Numbered from the stretch's first letter, positions 1 through 10,033 are shown. The stretch: 18,431 nucleotides of DNA from Promethearchaeota archaeon (GCA_019894975.1 JAGXNO010000058.1:1-18431), one strand, 5' to 3'. A program made the numbers and translations. Notes: generated by a model not told the origin, from the letters alone.

Positions 1-554
1 CTATTTCGAGAAGCTAATAATAATTCTTGTGCCACGTTTTCTGCGAATGTTTTTTCATTTGCGTGAGAGCGAGCACCAATAGCTTGGACAATATATTTAA
101 GACCTAAGTCAACTCGGCGTTGGGGTGCGATATCGACCGCAGAAGCATAAGAAATCCCACCCATAGCTATCTTCGTCGTTTCTTCTCTTGGAGCGGTATT
201 AACTATAGCATCTGTGATAACTTGAATAGGATTTTCTCCGCTTGTTAATTCAATTAATACAAAAGCATCCTTTAGAGCTCTTAATAATTTAAATTTTTTT
301 CCAGAATTAAAGGAACTTTTACGACCTCTGATTCTACTACCAATAAATCCAGGAGCTAGTAATCTATTAATAAATCGCTCGATTACAGAGACCTTTGAAG
401 ATTTCCAAAACCTTCTATGCTCATGTCTCCCCGCTGAATGAGGGACTATGATAGGTTTTAAATTAATATAATTTTCTAAGGTTCTATCCCTAATTTCGAT
501 GTTTTCAAATGACCATCTATTAAAGAGTTTTACTTCATTCTTTGTTTTGCTCAT
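1..554 (-). CDS. rps7: 30S ribosomal protein uS7 (3' end runs off the window; missing from the ORF track)
   Basis: Manual translation from ATG at 554: MSKTKNEVKLFNRWSFENIEIRDRTLEKYINLKPIIVPHSAGRHEHRRFWKSSKVSVIERFINRL...SGKKFK...GENPIQVITDAIVNTAPREETTKIAMGGISYASAVDIAPQRRVD. These are archaeal/eukaryotic uS7 motifs. GAGGT Shine-Dalgarno at 567..563; lies directly after rps12. Confidence 0.97.
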   Translation of the reverse strand, partial: MSKTKNEVKLFNRWSFENIEIRDRTLENYINLKPIIVPHSAGRHEHRRFWKSSKVSVIERFINRLLAPGFIGSRIRGRKSSFNSGKKFKLLRALKDAFVLIELTSGENPIQVITDAIVNTAPREETTKIAMGGISYASAVDIAPQRRVDLGLKYIVQAIGARSHANEKTFAENVAQELLLASRN

Positions 555-562
555 AATTCTTT

Positions 563-567
563 ACCTC
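563..567 (-). promoter_or_regulatory. Shine-Dalgarno site (GAGGT) of rps7
   Basis: Minus strand reads GAGGTaaagaattATG, 8 nt spacing. Confidence 0.7.
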
Positions 568-572
568 ATTGA

Positions 573-1001
573 TTATCGGAGTGGTTTTTCCTTTTTCCCG
601 CTAAGTAATGCTTCTAAACTCACACCATTTACTTTTACTACCCTGTATCGAACACCAGGAAGGTCACCTATACTTCTCCCTTTTGCGCCCCCGATTCCTT
701 CAACTATTACTCTATCATGCTCTTCAATAAAATTTAATGCTCCATCACCTGGTAAGAATGCGGTTACACCTTTACCATTTTTCTTGAGTTGGATACGTAC
801 ACATTTCCGAATTGCCGAATTAGGCTGTTTACTCTCCCTACCAACCTTTTGAAGTACAATACCTAATGCTTGGGGGCTCCCTTCTAAGGGGTCTACTTTC
901 TGTTTGAGTTTGAGTTTTCTTCTCTTATATTTAGTCTTTGACCATTGAAATTTTTTCCGATTTGCTTTTAATTTTCTTGCTGCGTAAAGTCCTTTTGGCA
1001 C
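573..1001 (-). CDS. rps12: 30S ribosomal protein uS12 (S23 family); probable start GTG at 1001, whereas the ORF track starts at TTG 1016
   Basis: [34 protein letters not shown] and [13 protein letters not shown] motifs. A GGTG at 1014..1011 lies 9 nt upstream of GTG-CCA-AAA-GGA, which favours that start. Confidence 0.97.
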   Translation of the reverse strand: MPKGLYAARKLKANRKKFQWSKTKYKRRKLKLKQKVDPLEGSPQALGIVLQKVGRESKQPNSAIRKCVRIQLKKNGKGVTAFLPGDGALNFIEEHDRVIVEGIGGAKGRSIGDLPGVRYRVVKVNGVSLEALLSGKKEKPLR

Positions 1002-1065
1002 TTCTTTTAACACCAAATTTAATTTATTTATATTGAGAAAAAATACATGATAGAAATTAAAATTT

Positions 1066-1088
1066 ATGTATATAGTTTAATTTCTTAC
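1066..1088 (-). promoter_or_regulatory. Possible BRE/TATA promoter for rps12-rps7
   Basis: Minus strand gtaagaaattaaacTATATAcat: a purine-rich stretch followed by TATATA (1074..1069), downstream of the peptidase T-tract. The AT-rich background limits certainty. Confidence 0.35.
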
Positions 1089-1106
1089 GAATTTTTGACT
1101 CTTCTC

Positions 1107-1116
1107 AAAAAAAAAA
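1107..1116 (-). terminator. Oligo-T (T10) archaeal terminator after the M28 peptidase gene
   Basis: A10 run on the + strand, 8 nt past the peptidase stop codon. U-tracts are established archaeal termination signals. Confidence 0.55.
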
Positions 1117-1124
1117 GGTTAATT

Positions 1125-2384
1125 TTATTCTACTCTCAGATCAAGACTTTTTATTACGTTATAGCAAATTTCAATACAATCATTAAGCTTTTCAGCTGAA
1201 CACTTCTCAGGAGTATCCTGTTTTGAATGAATATACTTTACATCATCTTCTGTGCTAAAGAGACTGACTTGAAAACCACTATTTTCATATTTTTTTGCAT
1301 AAGCCCGAAAAATTTGGTGATCACTAGAACCTGCTCCGATTTTTACTGATTCTTTCTTGATAGGTATTTTTTGTCGATTAGCTGATGCTTCTAAAACACT
1401 ATTGAGATTTTTATTTAAATCCTTTTTTTTAAACAACCCTATTTTATCTAAGAGCCCTATATATGTTCCAACCATATCAATATTAATGTTATAGGATTTA
1501 TCCAAATCATATTCATGAATTAATTCTTCGAAATGTTGGTTACAGTATTGTCTTGACCCCCATAAACCCCTTTCTTCTGCTCCACACCAAAGAAAGATCA
1601 CATCAGTTCTATTTAAGGGATTTTTTTTTATCAATTTAGCTAATTCTATTAGTATTGCTACTCCGCTGGCATTATCAATTGAACCGATCGATTTATTAGA
1701 TTTTTTATTTGCAAGCAATATGAGATTCAAAATTAGAATAATAAGTCCAATGACAAAAATTATGTTCCTAAAGTTATAATAAAATGTGTTAATTTGAGCT
1801 ATTGAAAATATAACTAGGAGAGACCAGATTGAAACGATAAAAGTTAAGATTAAATAGGTGAGAATTAGTAATGCTCCGTATTTATATAAAATCTTTATCA
1901 TTTTCATTGGATACCGCTGAGAAGCAGTATCGTGATGAGCGGAAAAGATTATCACAGGTCTTTTAGGAAAGGGATCTTTACATTGAAAAGATAAAATTAG
2001 ATTTTTTGCTTCTTTGTTCTTACCTATGAACCTTAATTGAATACTATCAAAGAGGAATTTTACTACAAAGAAAACTATCACAAAAAATAATATATCAAGT
2101 ATCAAAATAATCCAGGTAATGCTTGGAAATAACATAATTATTTGGTAGATAAATATATAAGCAAAAAGAAAGGTAAATATTAACTTTAATGTTATTGTAA
2201 ATATGTTAGCCCATTCAAATGTCTCAGTTGTAGGATTAATATCTTCTTTCTTTAATTCCTGAATGATATAATTGAGACATTTCGTTTCTCCTTCAGTTGA
2301 TGCATGTCGTCTAAAAGCTAATGCTTTGACATGATTAATAGATGCTTGTTCATCATATAACTTTGATGATGTAATTTCAATCAC
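1125..2384 (-). CDS. Membrane-embedded M28-family zinc metallopeptidase
   Basis: Metal-ligand motifs in order: SAHHDT, GSIDNASGVA, GAEERG, NIDMVG, SSDH, YIHS. Two hydrophobic hairpins (about 4 TM helices) are inserted in the catalytic domain. GTG start. Confidence 0.9.
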   Translation of the reverse strand: MIEITSSKLYDEQASINHVKALAFRRHASTEGETKCLNYIIQELKKEDINPTTETFEWANIFTITLKLIFTFLFAYIFIYQIIMLFPSITWIILILDILFFVIVFFVVKFLFDSIQLRFIGKNKEAKNLILSFQCKDPFPKRPVIIFSAHHDTASQRYPMKMIKILYKYGALLILTYLILTFIVSIWSLLVIFSIAQINTFYYNFRNIIFVIGLIILILNLILLANKKSNKSIGSIDNASGVAILIELAKLIKKNPLNRTDVIFLWCGAEERGLWGSRQYCNQHFEELIHEYDLDKSYNINIDMVGTYIGLLDKIGLFKKKDLNKNLNSVLEASANRQKIPIKKESVKIGAGSSDHQIFRAYAKKYENSGFQVSLFSTEDDVKYIHSKQDTPEKCSAEKLNDCIEICYNVIKSLDLRVE

Positions 2385-2397
2385 TTTTATTTTCAGT

Positions 2398-2434
2398 TAT
2401 TATTAAAAATAAGTAATTATTTCTTTTAATAATA
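2398..2434. repeat. Perfect 11-bp inverted repeat (TATTATTAAAA-N15-TTTTAATAATA)
   Basis: Arms at 2398..2408 and 2424..2434, 14-50 nt upstream of the peptidase start. The arms are A/T only. Confidence 0.5.
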
Positions 2435-2501
2435 GTGAATAGAGTAATTAAAAGAATATAGGGAATAAAAGATGAAAAGTGTTTTGACGAATAAAGATCG
2501 A

Positions 2502-2987
2502 TTATATATTTTTCGTATTAATTATTACATTATCAACTTCAAAATACCTTAAGACAAGTGCTTTAATTTTTCTTATCATGGAACCTTCTTTCCCAATCGC
2601 TTTTCCACGATCTTGAGGTCTTACTGTTATTATGACTGTTTTCTTTAGATTCCTGCTTTCCTTTACTTCAATATCTTGAACTAAAATGGAATTTTTAGTA
2701 GTTTGAAGTATATTTTGAATAAATGTATTAAGATCTTCTGAAAAAGCAATTACATCAATTTTTTTATTGAGCTTTGATTTTAAATCTTTAACATGTTCAC
2801 CTGCTTTTCCAATTGCTTTTCCTACATCTTGCTCCTTTACAAGGAAGACAATAGCTTCGGAACTATCATCAAGATTTTTAAAAGTCAAGCAATCTTTTAT
2901 AATAGCACCAGAGATGTTATTAAATAACGAGATAAGGTCCATTGCCGCCCTATCGATTTTAATATTTTTTCTTAGCATAGGTACCAT
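2502..2987 (-). CDS. nusA: Archaeal NusA-like transcription factor (two KH domains)
   Basis: Two KH GxxG loops (GKAIGKAG, GKAIGKEG), IIKDC motif and the canonical position after rpl30e. The start may be the second ATG at 2978. Confidence 0.95.
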   Translation of the reverse strand: MVPMLRKNIKIDRAAMDLISLFNNISGAIIKDCLTFKNLDDSSEAIVFLVKEQDVGKAIGKAGEHVKDLKSKLNKKIDVIAFSEDLNTFIQNILQTTKNSILVQDIEVKESRNLKKTVIITVRPQDRGKAIGKEGSMIRKIKALVLRYFEVDNVIINTKNI

Positions 2988-3000
2988 TTACGAAATATAA

Positions 3001-3378
3001 TTAAGTTAGTTTTGTCCTCAAGGACAGAATGTCTGAATCTCCTTCATTTATAATACCTATCACGGATATCATATACGGTTTCGCGCAGGTTAATCCTAAT
3101 TCCCAACTAGAACCTTTATACCTATGAATAAATATTTTATCCTTCATAAGAGAAATATAATGATTTAGTTGGTTTACTAACTCTGCTGGACAATTATTAG
3201 CTATAATAATCATCTTAAAGGCGTCATTTCTTAGATATTTCAATACGCTATTTTTTCCATATATAACTTTACCAGTTTTATAGGTTACTCTAATATTCGA
3301 ATCAACATCAAATTCTTTCTTTTTCTTACGCGATAAATCAACTTTATCTGTAACGGTATCAATTTTCTTTTTTGCCAT
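3001..3378 (-). CDS. rpl30e: 50S ribosomal protein eL30
   Basis: KTGKVIYG, IIIANNCP, YKGSSWELGLTCAKPY and EGDSDIL motifs. Canonical position after rpoA2. Confidence 0.96.
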   Translation of the reverse strand: MAKKKIDTVTDKVDLSRKKKKEFDVDSNIRVTYKTGKVIYGKNSVLKYLRNDAFKMIIIANNCPAELVNQLNHYISLMKDKIFIHRYKGSSWELGLTCAKPYMISVIGIINEGDSDILSLRTKLT

Positions 3379-3459
3379 GATATTTTCAAATCGTGTCCAT
3401 ATAATTAGTAATAATAATAAATTAAGTTTTTTCGTTTTTTAATTTTTTCGTGTATTTTA

Positions 3460-4677
<1,218 letters not shown>

Positions 4678-4727
4678 TTATTATCCTTATACTTTTTTTA
4701 CAAATCTATATCTTTCTGTTTTTAATC

Positions 4728-7667
4728 TTATCCTAATTTTTCCTTCTTCCAATCTAAATAAGCTTTTGTTTCTTTACCTCTCCATATAGCCTTTTTTCCG
4801 AATTCATCTTCAAACTGCTTACTTAATGAATCTTCATCTACAGTTTCTTTTTCCTTTTTAGGTTCTGGTTTCGCTTTTGGGCTCACGGATTTTTTAGGTT
4901 TCACTTCAACAGTTTTCTTTGCCTTAGTGCTAGTTTTTCGAGTGGTAGTTTCTTCTTCGATTTCTTCACGGATATGTTCTACATCAAGAGCTTTTGCTTT
5001 TAATAATAATACATCTAAATTTACTGCTGAACCATGATCCGTATGCATCGGGTCAATACCATCATCACCAAATCTAAATTGTATTATATTCTTATCAGAA
5101 TTTCTAACAGTTCCATCATTTTCTACAACCATATCCTGTAACGCATTAACTAATCTCCTCTGCATATATCCACTGGTTGATGTCCTTACAGCTGTATCCA
5201 CAAGACCTTCCCTTCCACCCATAGCATGGAAGAAGAACTCTACTGGTTTTAATCCATTTCGGTAAGACGATGACACAAAACCTCTAGATTTAGGTGAAAG
5301 ATCATTCACTTTAAAATGTGGTAAGGTTCTACTACTATAACCTCTATTAATTCTTTCACCTCTTATAGCTTGTTGTCCTACAACAGCAGACATCTGCCCT
5401 AAGTTTAAGATATTCCCTCTTGCCCCAGATTTTGTCATAATAACTGAATGTGCTTCATCTCCAATAAAATCAGCTGCGGATTCTTCGGCCTGTTTTCGAG
5501 CTTCTGCTAATACTTGCCGTATTCTTAATTCTAAAGTCTCTCTCATTGAACGCCCAGGAGCTCTTTTCAGAACAGTTGTATCATTTTCAAGAAATGCTTT
5601 TATAAGTTTTTCAGATTCATCATTAGCTTCTTTTAATATGTTTTCTATATTTTCATATGCATGACCATGCACATAAACCTCATCCAATCCCATAGTCATA
5701 CCATTTTTCCTGATAACATATAACAGCATTTTTGTAGCACTATCTAAAAACTGTCTACCGCGCGCATTCCCATGATCCTTAATAATTCGAGCCAGAATAC
5801 TATTAGGCTTCATATCACCAAAAGAATTTTCATCTATAGTGCCCGTTATAAGTCTCCCATTCTTAATTACTACGTAAGCATCATAAGCACAATTTTCTTC
5901 TTCGCATACATCACACTTCTTGCAAAACTTAGATTTTACTTTTAAGTTTAAATCGTCAGGAAATAAGCTGCTAAAAATATCTTTTCCAGAATATAGGGGT
6001 TCTGGATCTGTTGTTATAGGATCTAATTGTTCTAATCTAAACTCAGGAGTATTGTCAAATATTCCTCCAATATAAAATAGATTTAATGCTTCCTTTTTAG
6101 TATAGAGAGAATCCTTGCTTGTAAATTGAAAAACACTTGATATAAAATCTTGAATTCCCCCTAAAATGGGGGCACCTAAACGAGGTGATAAAATATGTTC
6201 TTGTACTTTAAGAAGTAGTTCAGCTTCGGTACGAGCTTCTTCACTTTGAGGAACATGTAAATTCATTTCATCCCCATCGAAATCAGCATTATATGGGGGG
6301 CATACTGTTAAATTTAATCTGAAGGTTCGGCCATCCATTATTTTTACTTCATGTGACATTATTGACATTCTATGTAGCGAAGGTTGACGATTAAATAACA
6401 CTAAGTCTCCCTCGGCCAAATGACGCTCAACAGTAAATCCTGGCGCCAACATATCGGATATAATTTTACGGTTTTTAACGTAACGTAGGTCTATTCTTCT
6501 ACGATCATTCCGTATGATGTAATTTGCTCCCGGATGTCTGAATGGACCATTTAAAACCATTTGTTTCATTTCTTCAATATTCCAATCGTTAACATTAGTA
6601 GGGATGGTTAAAATTTTAGCTATCTGTATAGGTACACCTACATCATTAATGCTGATATAGGGATTTGGTGAAATTACACTTCTTGCAGAAAAATCTACTC
6701 TTTTACCACTTAAATTGCTTCGAAACCTTCCTTCTTTACCTTTTAATCTTTGAGTTAGTGTTCTCAGGGCTCTCCCAGAACGATGTCTCGCAGGAGGTAT
6801 TCCAGAAACTTGGTTATCAAGATATGTGGTAATATGATACTGTAATAATTCCCAAAGATCTTCAACGATTAAATGAGGCGCCCCAGCATCTATATTCTCT
6901 CTTAATCTTTGATTAATTCTGATAACATCCACAAGTTTATGAGTTAAATCATCTTCAGACCGGATACCGCTATCCAACGTAATTGAGGGCCTAGCACATA
7001 CTGGAGGGATAGGAAGTACGGTAAAAATTACCCATTCAAGTCTAGCATTTTCAGGAGCTATCCCTAAAATTCTAAGATCAACATCGCTCATTTTTTTGAG
7101 TCGTTCCAAAATCTCAATAGGAGTTATTCTACGAGAACCTTTTCCTTCTTCTTCTTCATAAAATGTGGTAGGTTTCTCAATAATAATTTTTTTCTTCTTT
7201 GCAGTACAATAAGGACAACTTTTAGCCTTCCTTGCACGTTTAAATACAATTTTTGAAGCTTCTTCATCACCCTCGAAGAATACTTTTCTATGCTTTATTT
7301 GTTCTTGTCTGAACGTATCTTTTTCTTCTTCAGTGAGCATTAAACGGGAGCAATCAGGGCAAATACTACGCAACACTTTTAAAACTTTTTTTGCATAGCC
7401 TACATGAATAACGGGGCGTGCTAATTCAATATGACCGAAATGACCCATGCAATTTGATACTAAATTACCACAAGTTTGGCATCTTTGACCGGGCTCAATA
7501 GTACCGAGCCTTTGATCCATAAGACCGCTCGGGATTGGTAATCCATCCTCATCATACGTATCGGCTGTTATAATACGAGCAGCTGACATTTTTCGTATTT
7601 CATCTGGACTCAAGAGTCCAAATTTGATTTTTTCAATCATTTTAGTTCGAGAAAAAGTATAACTCAT
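4728..7667 (-). CDS. rpoA1: DNA-directed RNA polymerase subunit A' (Rpo1N) with an extended C-terminal tail
   Basis: CQTC..CMGHFGHIEL Zn site, LKGKEGRFRSNLSGKRVDFSAR, FNRQPSLH, catalytic YNADFDGDEMN and bridge helix GREGLVDTAVRTSTSGYMQRRL. No intein. GAGGT SD at 7681..7677. Confidence 0.99.
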   Translation of the reverse strand: MSYTFSRTKMIEKIKFGLLSPDEIRKMSAARIITADTYDEDGLPIPSGLMDQRLGTIEPGQRCQTCGNLVSNCMGHFGHIELARPVIHVGYAKKVLKVLRSICPDCSRLMLTEEEKDTFRQEQIKHRKVFFEGDEEASKIVFKRARKAKSCPYCTAKKKKIIIEKPTTFYEEEEGKGSRRITPIEILERLKKMSDVDLRILGIAPENARLEWVIFTVLPIPPVCARPSITLDSGIRSEDDLTHKLVDVIRINQRLRENIDAGAPHLIVEDLWELLQYHITTYLDNQVSGIPPARHRSGRALRTLTQRLKGKEGRFRSNLSGKRVDFSARSVISPNPYISINDVGVPIQIAKILTIPTNVNDWNIEEMKQMVLNGPFRHPGANYIIRNDRRRIDLRYVKNRKIISDMLAPGFTVERHLAEGDLVLFNRQPSLHRMSIMSHEVKIMDGRTFRLNLTVCPPYNADFDGDEMNLHVPQSEEARTEAELLLKVQEHILSPRLGAPILGGIQDFISSVFQFTSKDSLYTKKEALNLFYIGGIFDNTPEFRLEQLDPITTDPEPLYSGKDIFSSLFPDDLNLKVKSKFCKKCDVCEEENCAYDAYVVIKNGRLITGTIDENSFGDMKPNSILARIIKDHGNARGRQFLDSATKMLLYVIRKNGMTMGLDEVYVHGHAYENIENILKEANDESEKLIKAFLENDTTVLKRAPGRSMRETLELRIRQVLAEARKQAEESAADFIGDEAHSVIMTKSGARGNILNLGQMSAVVGQQAIRGERINRGYSSRTLPHFKVNDLSPKSRGFVSSSYRNGLKPVEFFFHAMGGREGLVDTAVRTSTSGYMQRRLVNALQDMVVENDGTVRNSDKNIIQFRFGDDGIDPMHTDHGSAVNLDVLLLKAKALDVEHIREEIEEETTTRKTSTKAKKTVEVKPKKSVSPKAKPEPKKEKETVDEDSLSKQFEDEFGKKAIWRGKETKAYLDWKKEKLG

Positions 7668-7676
7668 TTAGTATTT

Positions 7677-7681
7677 ACCTC
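7677..7681 (-). promoter_or_regulatory. Shine-Dalgarno site (GAGGT) of rpoA1
   Basis: Minus strand ccGAGGTaaatactaaATG, 9 nt spacing. Confidence 0.7.
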
Positions 7682-7897
7682 GGTATTAATTATTAAACAC
7701 ATATAATTTGATGAATAAGGGTACGTCATAAGAGAAAACGTCCTCTATATTGATGATGATTTGCTAATTTTAAAAAATAAGATAGTGAGTCTTCCACTGT
7801 AAGTAAATTAAGATAGCAAATAATAAAAATTTTATCCTTTTCTGTGAGATTAGATTTAAAAGAGTTTAATTTTTGGATATAATTTAATTATATAGAA

Positions 7898-8503
7898 ATG
7901 AAGTTAATTGATTTTTTTAGAAGCAAAATTATTCTATTTATTATTCAGATTTTGATTCTAAGCTTATTTCTATTTTATTCTGGCTATCAATTTAGTATTA
8001 CATTTGATAGCACAGTCACTGTATCACAGAAAAGAATCATCCAATTCATAGCAAACTATGTTTTGTTTGATAATTTACCTGGGATGTTTTTTATCTATTT
8101 TATTTGGTTTATAACCTCATTAATTCCTATTTTTTTCCACAATAATCTTAAAAAAGCCTATTCTATGAACCTAATGACCTTCTTTTTTCCTAACTTCTTT
8201 GTATTCGCGTTTCTATATAACAATTCAAGAAACTATTTTGATTCAAATTTCTTACAGCATTTCTTACATTCATTATTACTGGGAATGCTAATTATAATGG
8301 TATCCATAGGGGTCTCTTTAATTTTAAAAAAAATAATGAAAGTAAAAACAGAAGAGCAAATAGAAAATCTAAATATTATAATTAACAAGATAAAATCAAA
8401 ATGCCCAAAATGTGGTACAGAATTTAATTCAACACCAATTTTTTGTTATAATTGTGAATCAAAAATAATACTAAAAGCTGAGGAAAATGTTGGAATCAAA
8501 TGA
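7898..8503 (+). CDS. Hypothetical membrane protein (about 4 TM) with C-terminal zinc ribbon
   Basis: Four Phe/Ile/Leu-rich segments followed by CPKC-x10-CYNC. Overlaps the next gene by 17 nt. Confidence 0.8.
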   Translation: MKLIDFFRSKIILFIIQILILSLFLFYSGYQFSITFDSTVTVSQKRIIQFIANYVLFDNLPGMFFIYFIWFITSLIPIFFHNNLKKAYSMNLMTFFFPNFFVFAFLYNNSRNYFDSNFLQHFLHSLLLGMLIIMVSIGVSLILKKIMKVKTEEQIENLNIIINKIKSKCPKCGTEFNSTPIFCYNCESKIILKAEENVGIK

Positions 8504-9953
8504 TAACATACACCCTTTAGAATTATTATTCAATCCAAAAAATGTAGTCATATTAAGAGTAGGTGGAGCAATTGAGCCTATGGTAAAAGGATTTAAACGA
8601 CAGGGATTTGACCTTGATAACTTATATTTAATATCTCCGAGAGAAGAGAGTTTCCTGGGGTTAAGATGCTATAAGTCATTAGAAGAAATTCCCATAGATC
8701 ATATAGACCTTTTAATATTATCCATTAGAAGAGATCTTCTAGTTGAAACTCTTCAGGAAGTTCTTTCAAAAAAGAAGGTGAATTTTATACACATATTCAC
8801 AGCAGGAACAGGTGAATTTGATCAAACTGGTAGTGAAATCGAACAAGAATTAAAACGTATTTTAGATAACTATAAAAATACAAGGAGTATCGGCCCGAAT
8901 TGTATGGGAATTTATAGTCCACGTGGAAATGCTGCTTATTATTCTTCATTTCCTGAAGAGCTTGGAAATATTGGCTTAATCTTCCAATCTGGTGATTTAC
9001 ATTCGAAAATTATCAAATTTGGATCTCGAAGATATCACCTTCGATTTTCAATTGGAGTTAGCATTGGGAATTGTGTTGATATTCAAATTTCTGAGGTATT
9101 ACACTATTTAAACGAAGATAAAGATACAGATGTAATTTGTGTCTACTTTGAAGGAATTTCACCAATTCATAAGAATGAGGGGAAAAGATTATTGGAAGTT
9201 TTGAAAAATATGAAAAAACCAGTATTATTTATGAGAGGAGGGAAAACTGAAAGAGGTCAAACTGCTGTGTTATCACACACAGGATCTATGGCGACCAATA
9301 AGAACATTTGGAAGGCAGTATATAGACAAACATCTTTAATTGAGATCCCTTCCTCATTGGATGAATTAATTGATATCGTATACTTATTTTCATCATATTT
9401 TAATCGTTTTAAGAAGCTTAAAAAAGAAGTTGAATTTCCTAGAAACAAGAGAACTCTAATTATATTATGGTCAGGAGGATTTGGAATTTTAGCAACAGAT
9501 ACAATGATAGAAATGGGACTTGAAGTTCCTCAATTCAAGGGTGAAACGTTAGAAAAGCTTACGAATATCTATCCGATCCGTGTAGGAAGTTTAGCTAATC
9601 CATTAGATCTACCTTTTGTAACATATCAAAAAGAACTTGTAGATGTGACTAAGGCCGCTGTAGATGAAGATATTAGCCTTGTAATAATAGAAACAGACGC
9701 TTGGAAAAACATAGAAGGTAAACGCTTTAAAGGTTATTATGAAAACCTATTAGAAATTAGGGATTATGTGGAAAACCAAAACAAAACGGTGATTATCATT
9801 TTACATCAATATCCAAGCGAATCTCGCAAGGTCTTTGTTGATATGCTACTTAAAGACAATTTTCTTGTTTATCCCTCTCTTGAAGCCGCAGCTAAATCAT
9901 ATTTAAAGCTTTACGAATATGGGAAGAAGATTGAAGGTTTTAAAAAGAAATAG
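8487..9953 (+). CDS. CoA-binding protein, NDP-forming acyl-CoA synthetase alpha-subunit-like (AcdA family)
   Basis: LFNPKNV, GPNCMG, QSG, SIGN, VYFEG, GKTERG..AVLSHTGS (phospho-His loop), SGG and NPLD. No ATP-grasp domain. Confidence 0.9.
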   Translation: MLESNDNIHPLELLFNPKNVVILRVGGAIEPMVKGFKRQGFDLDNLYLISPREESFLGLRCYKSLEEIPIDHIDLLILSIRRDLLVETLQEVLSKKKVNFIHIFTAGTGEFDQTGSEIEQELKRILDNYKNTRSIGPNCMGIYSPRGNAAYYSSFPEELGNIGLIFQSGDLHSKIIKFGSRRYHLRFSIGVSIGNCVDIQISEVLHYLNEDKDTDVICVYFEGISPIHKNEGKRLLEVLKNMKKPVLFMRGGKTERGQTAVLSHTGSMATNKNIWKAVYRQTSLIEIPSSLDELIDIVYLFSSYFNRFKKLKKEVEFPRNKRTLIILWSGGFGILATDTMIEMGLEVPQFKGETLEKLTNIYPIRVGSLANPLDLPFVTYQKELVDVTKAAVDEDISLVIIETDAWKNIEGKRFKGYYENLLEIRDYVENQNKTVIIILHQYPSESRKVFVDMLLKDNFLVYPSLEAAAKSYLKLYEYGKKIEGFKKK

Positions 9954-10033
9954 ATTGTAATTTAAATCCTCGAATTTATTTATATGGGAAAGGAATAATA
10001 AACAATTTAGGCACTCTTTAATTTATATTCAAA

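Noticed and set aside
499-852. 117-aa + strand ORF
   Set aside because: Antisense shadow of rps12/rps7 with no independent motifs.
2767-3000. 77-aa + strand ORF
   Set aside because: Antisense shadow of nusA.
7705-7770. Possible C/D-box sRNA (two TTGATGA box C-like motifs on the + strand)
   Set aside because: No properly placed CTGA box D or D' motifs and no terminal stem. It cannot be supported without a covariance search.
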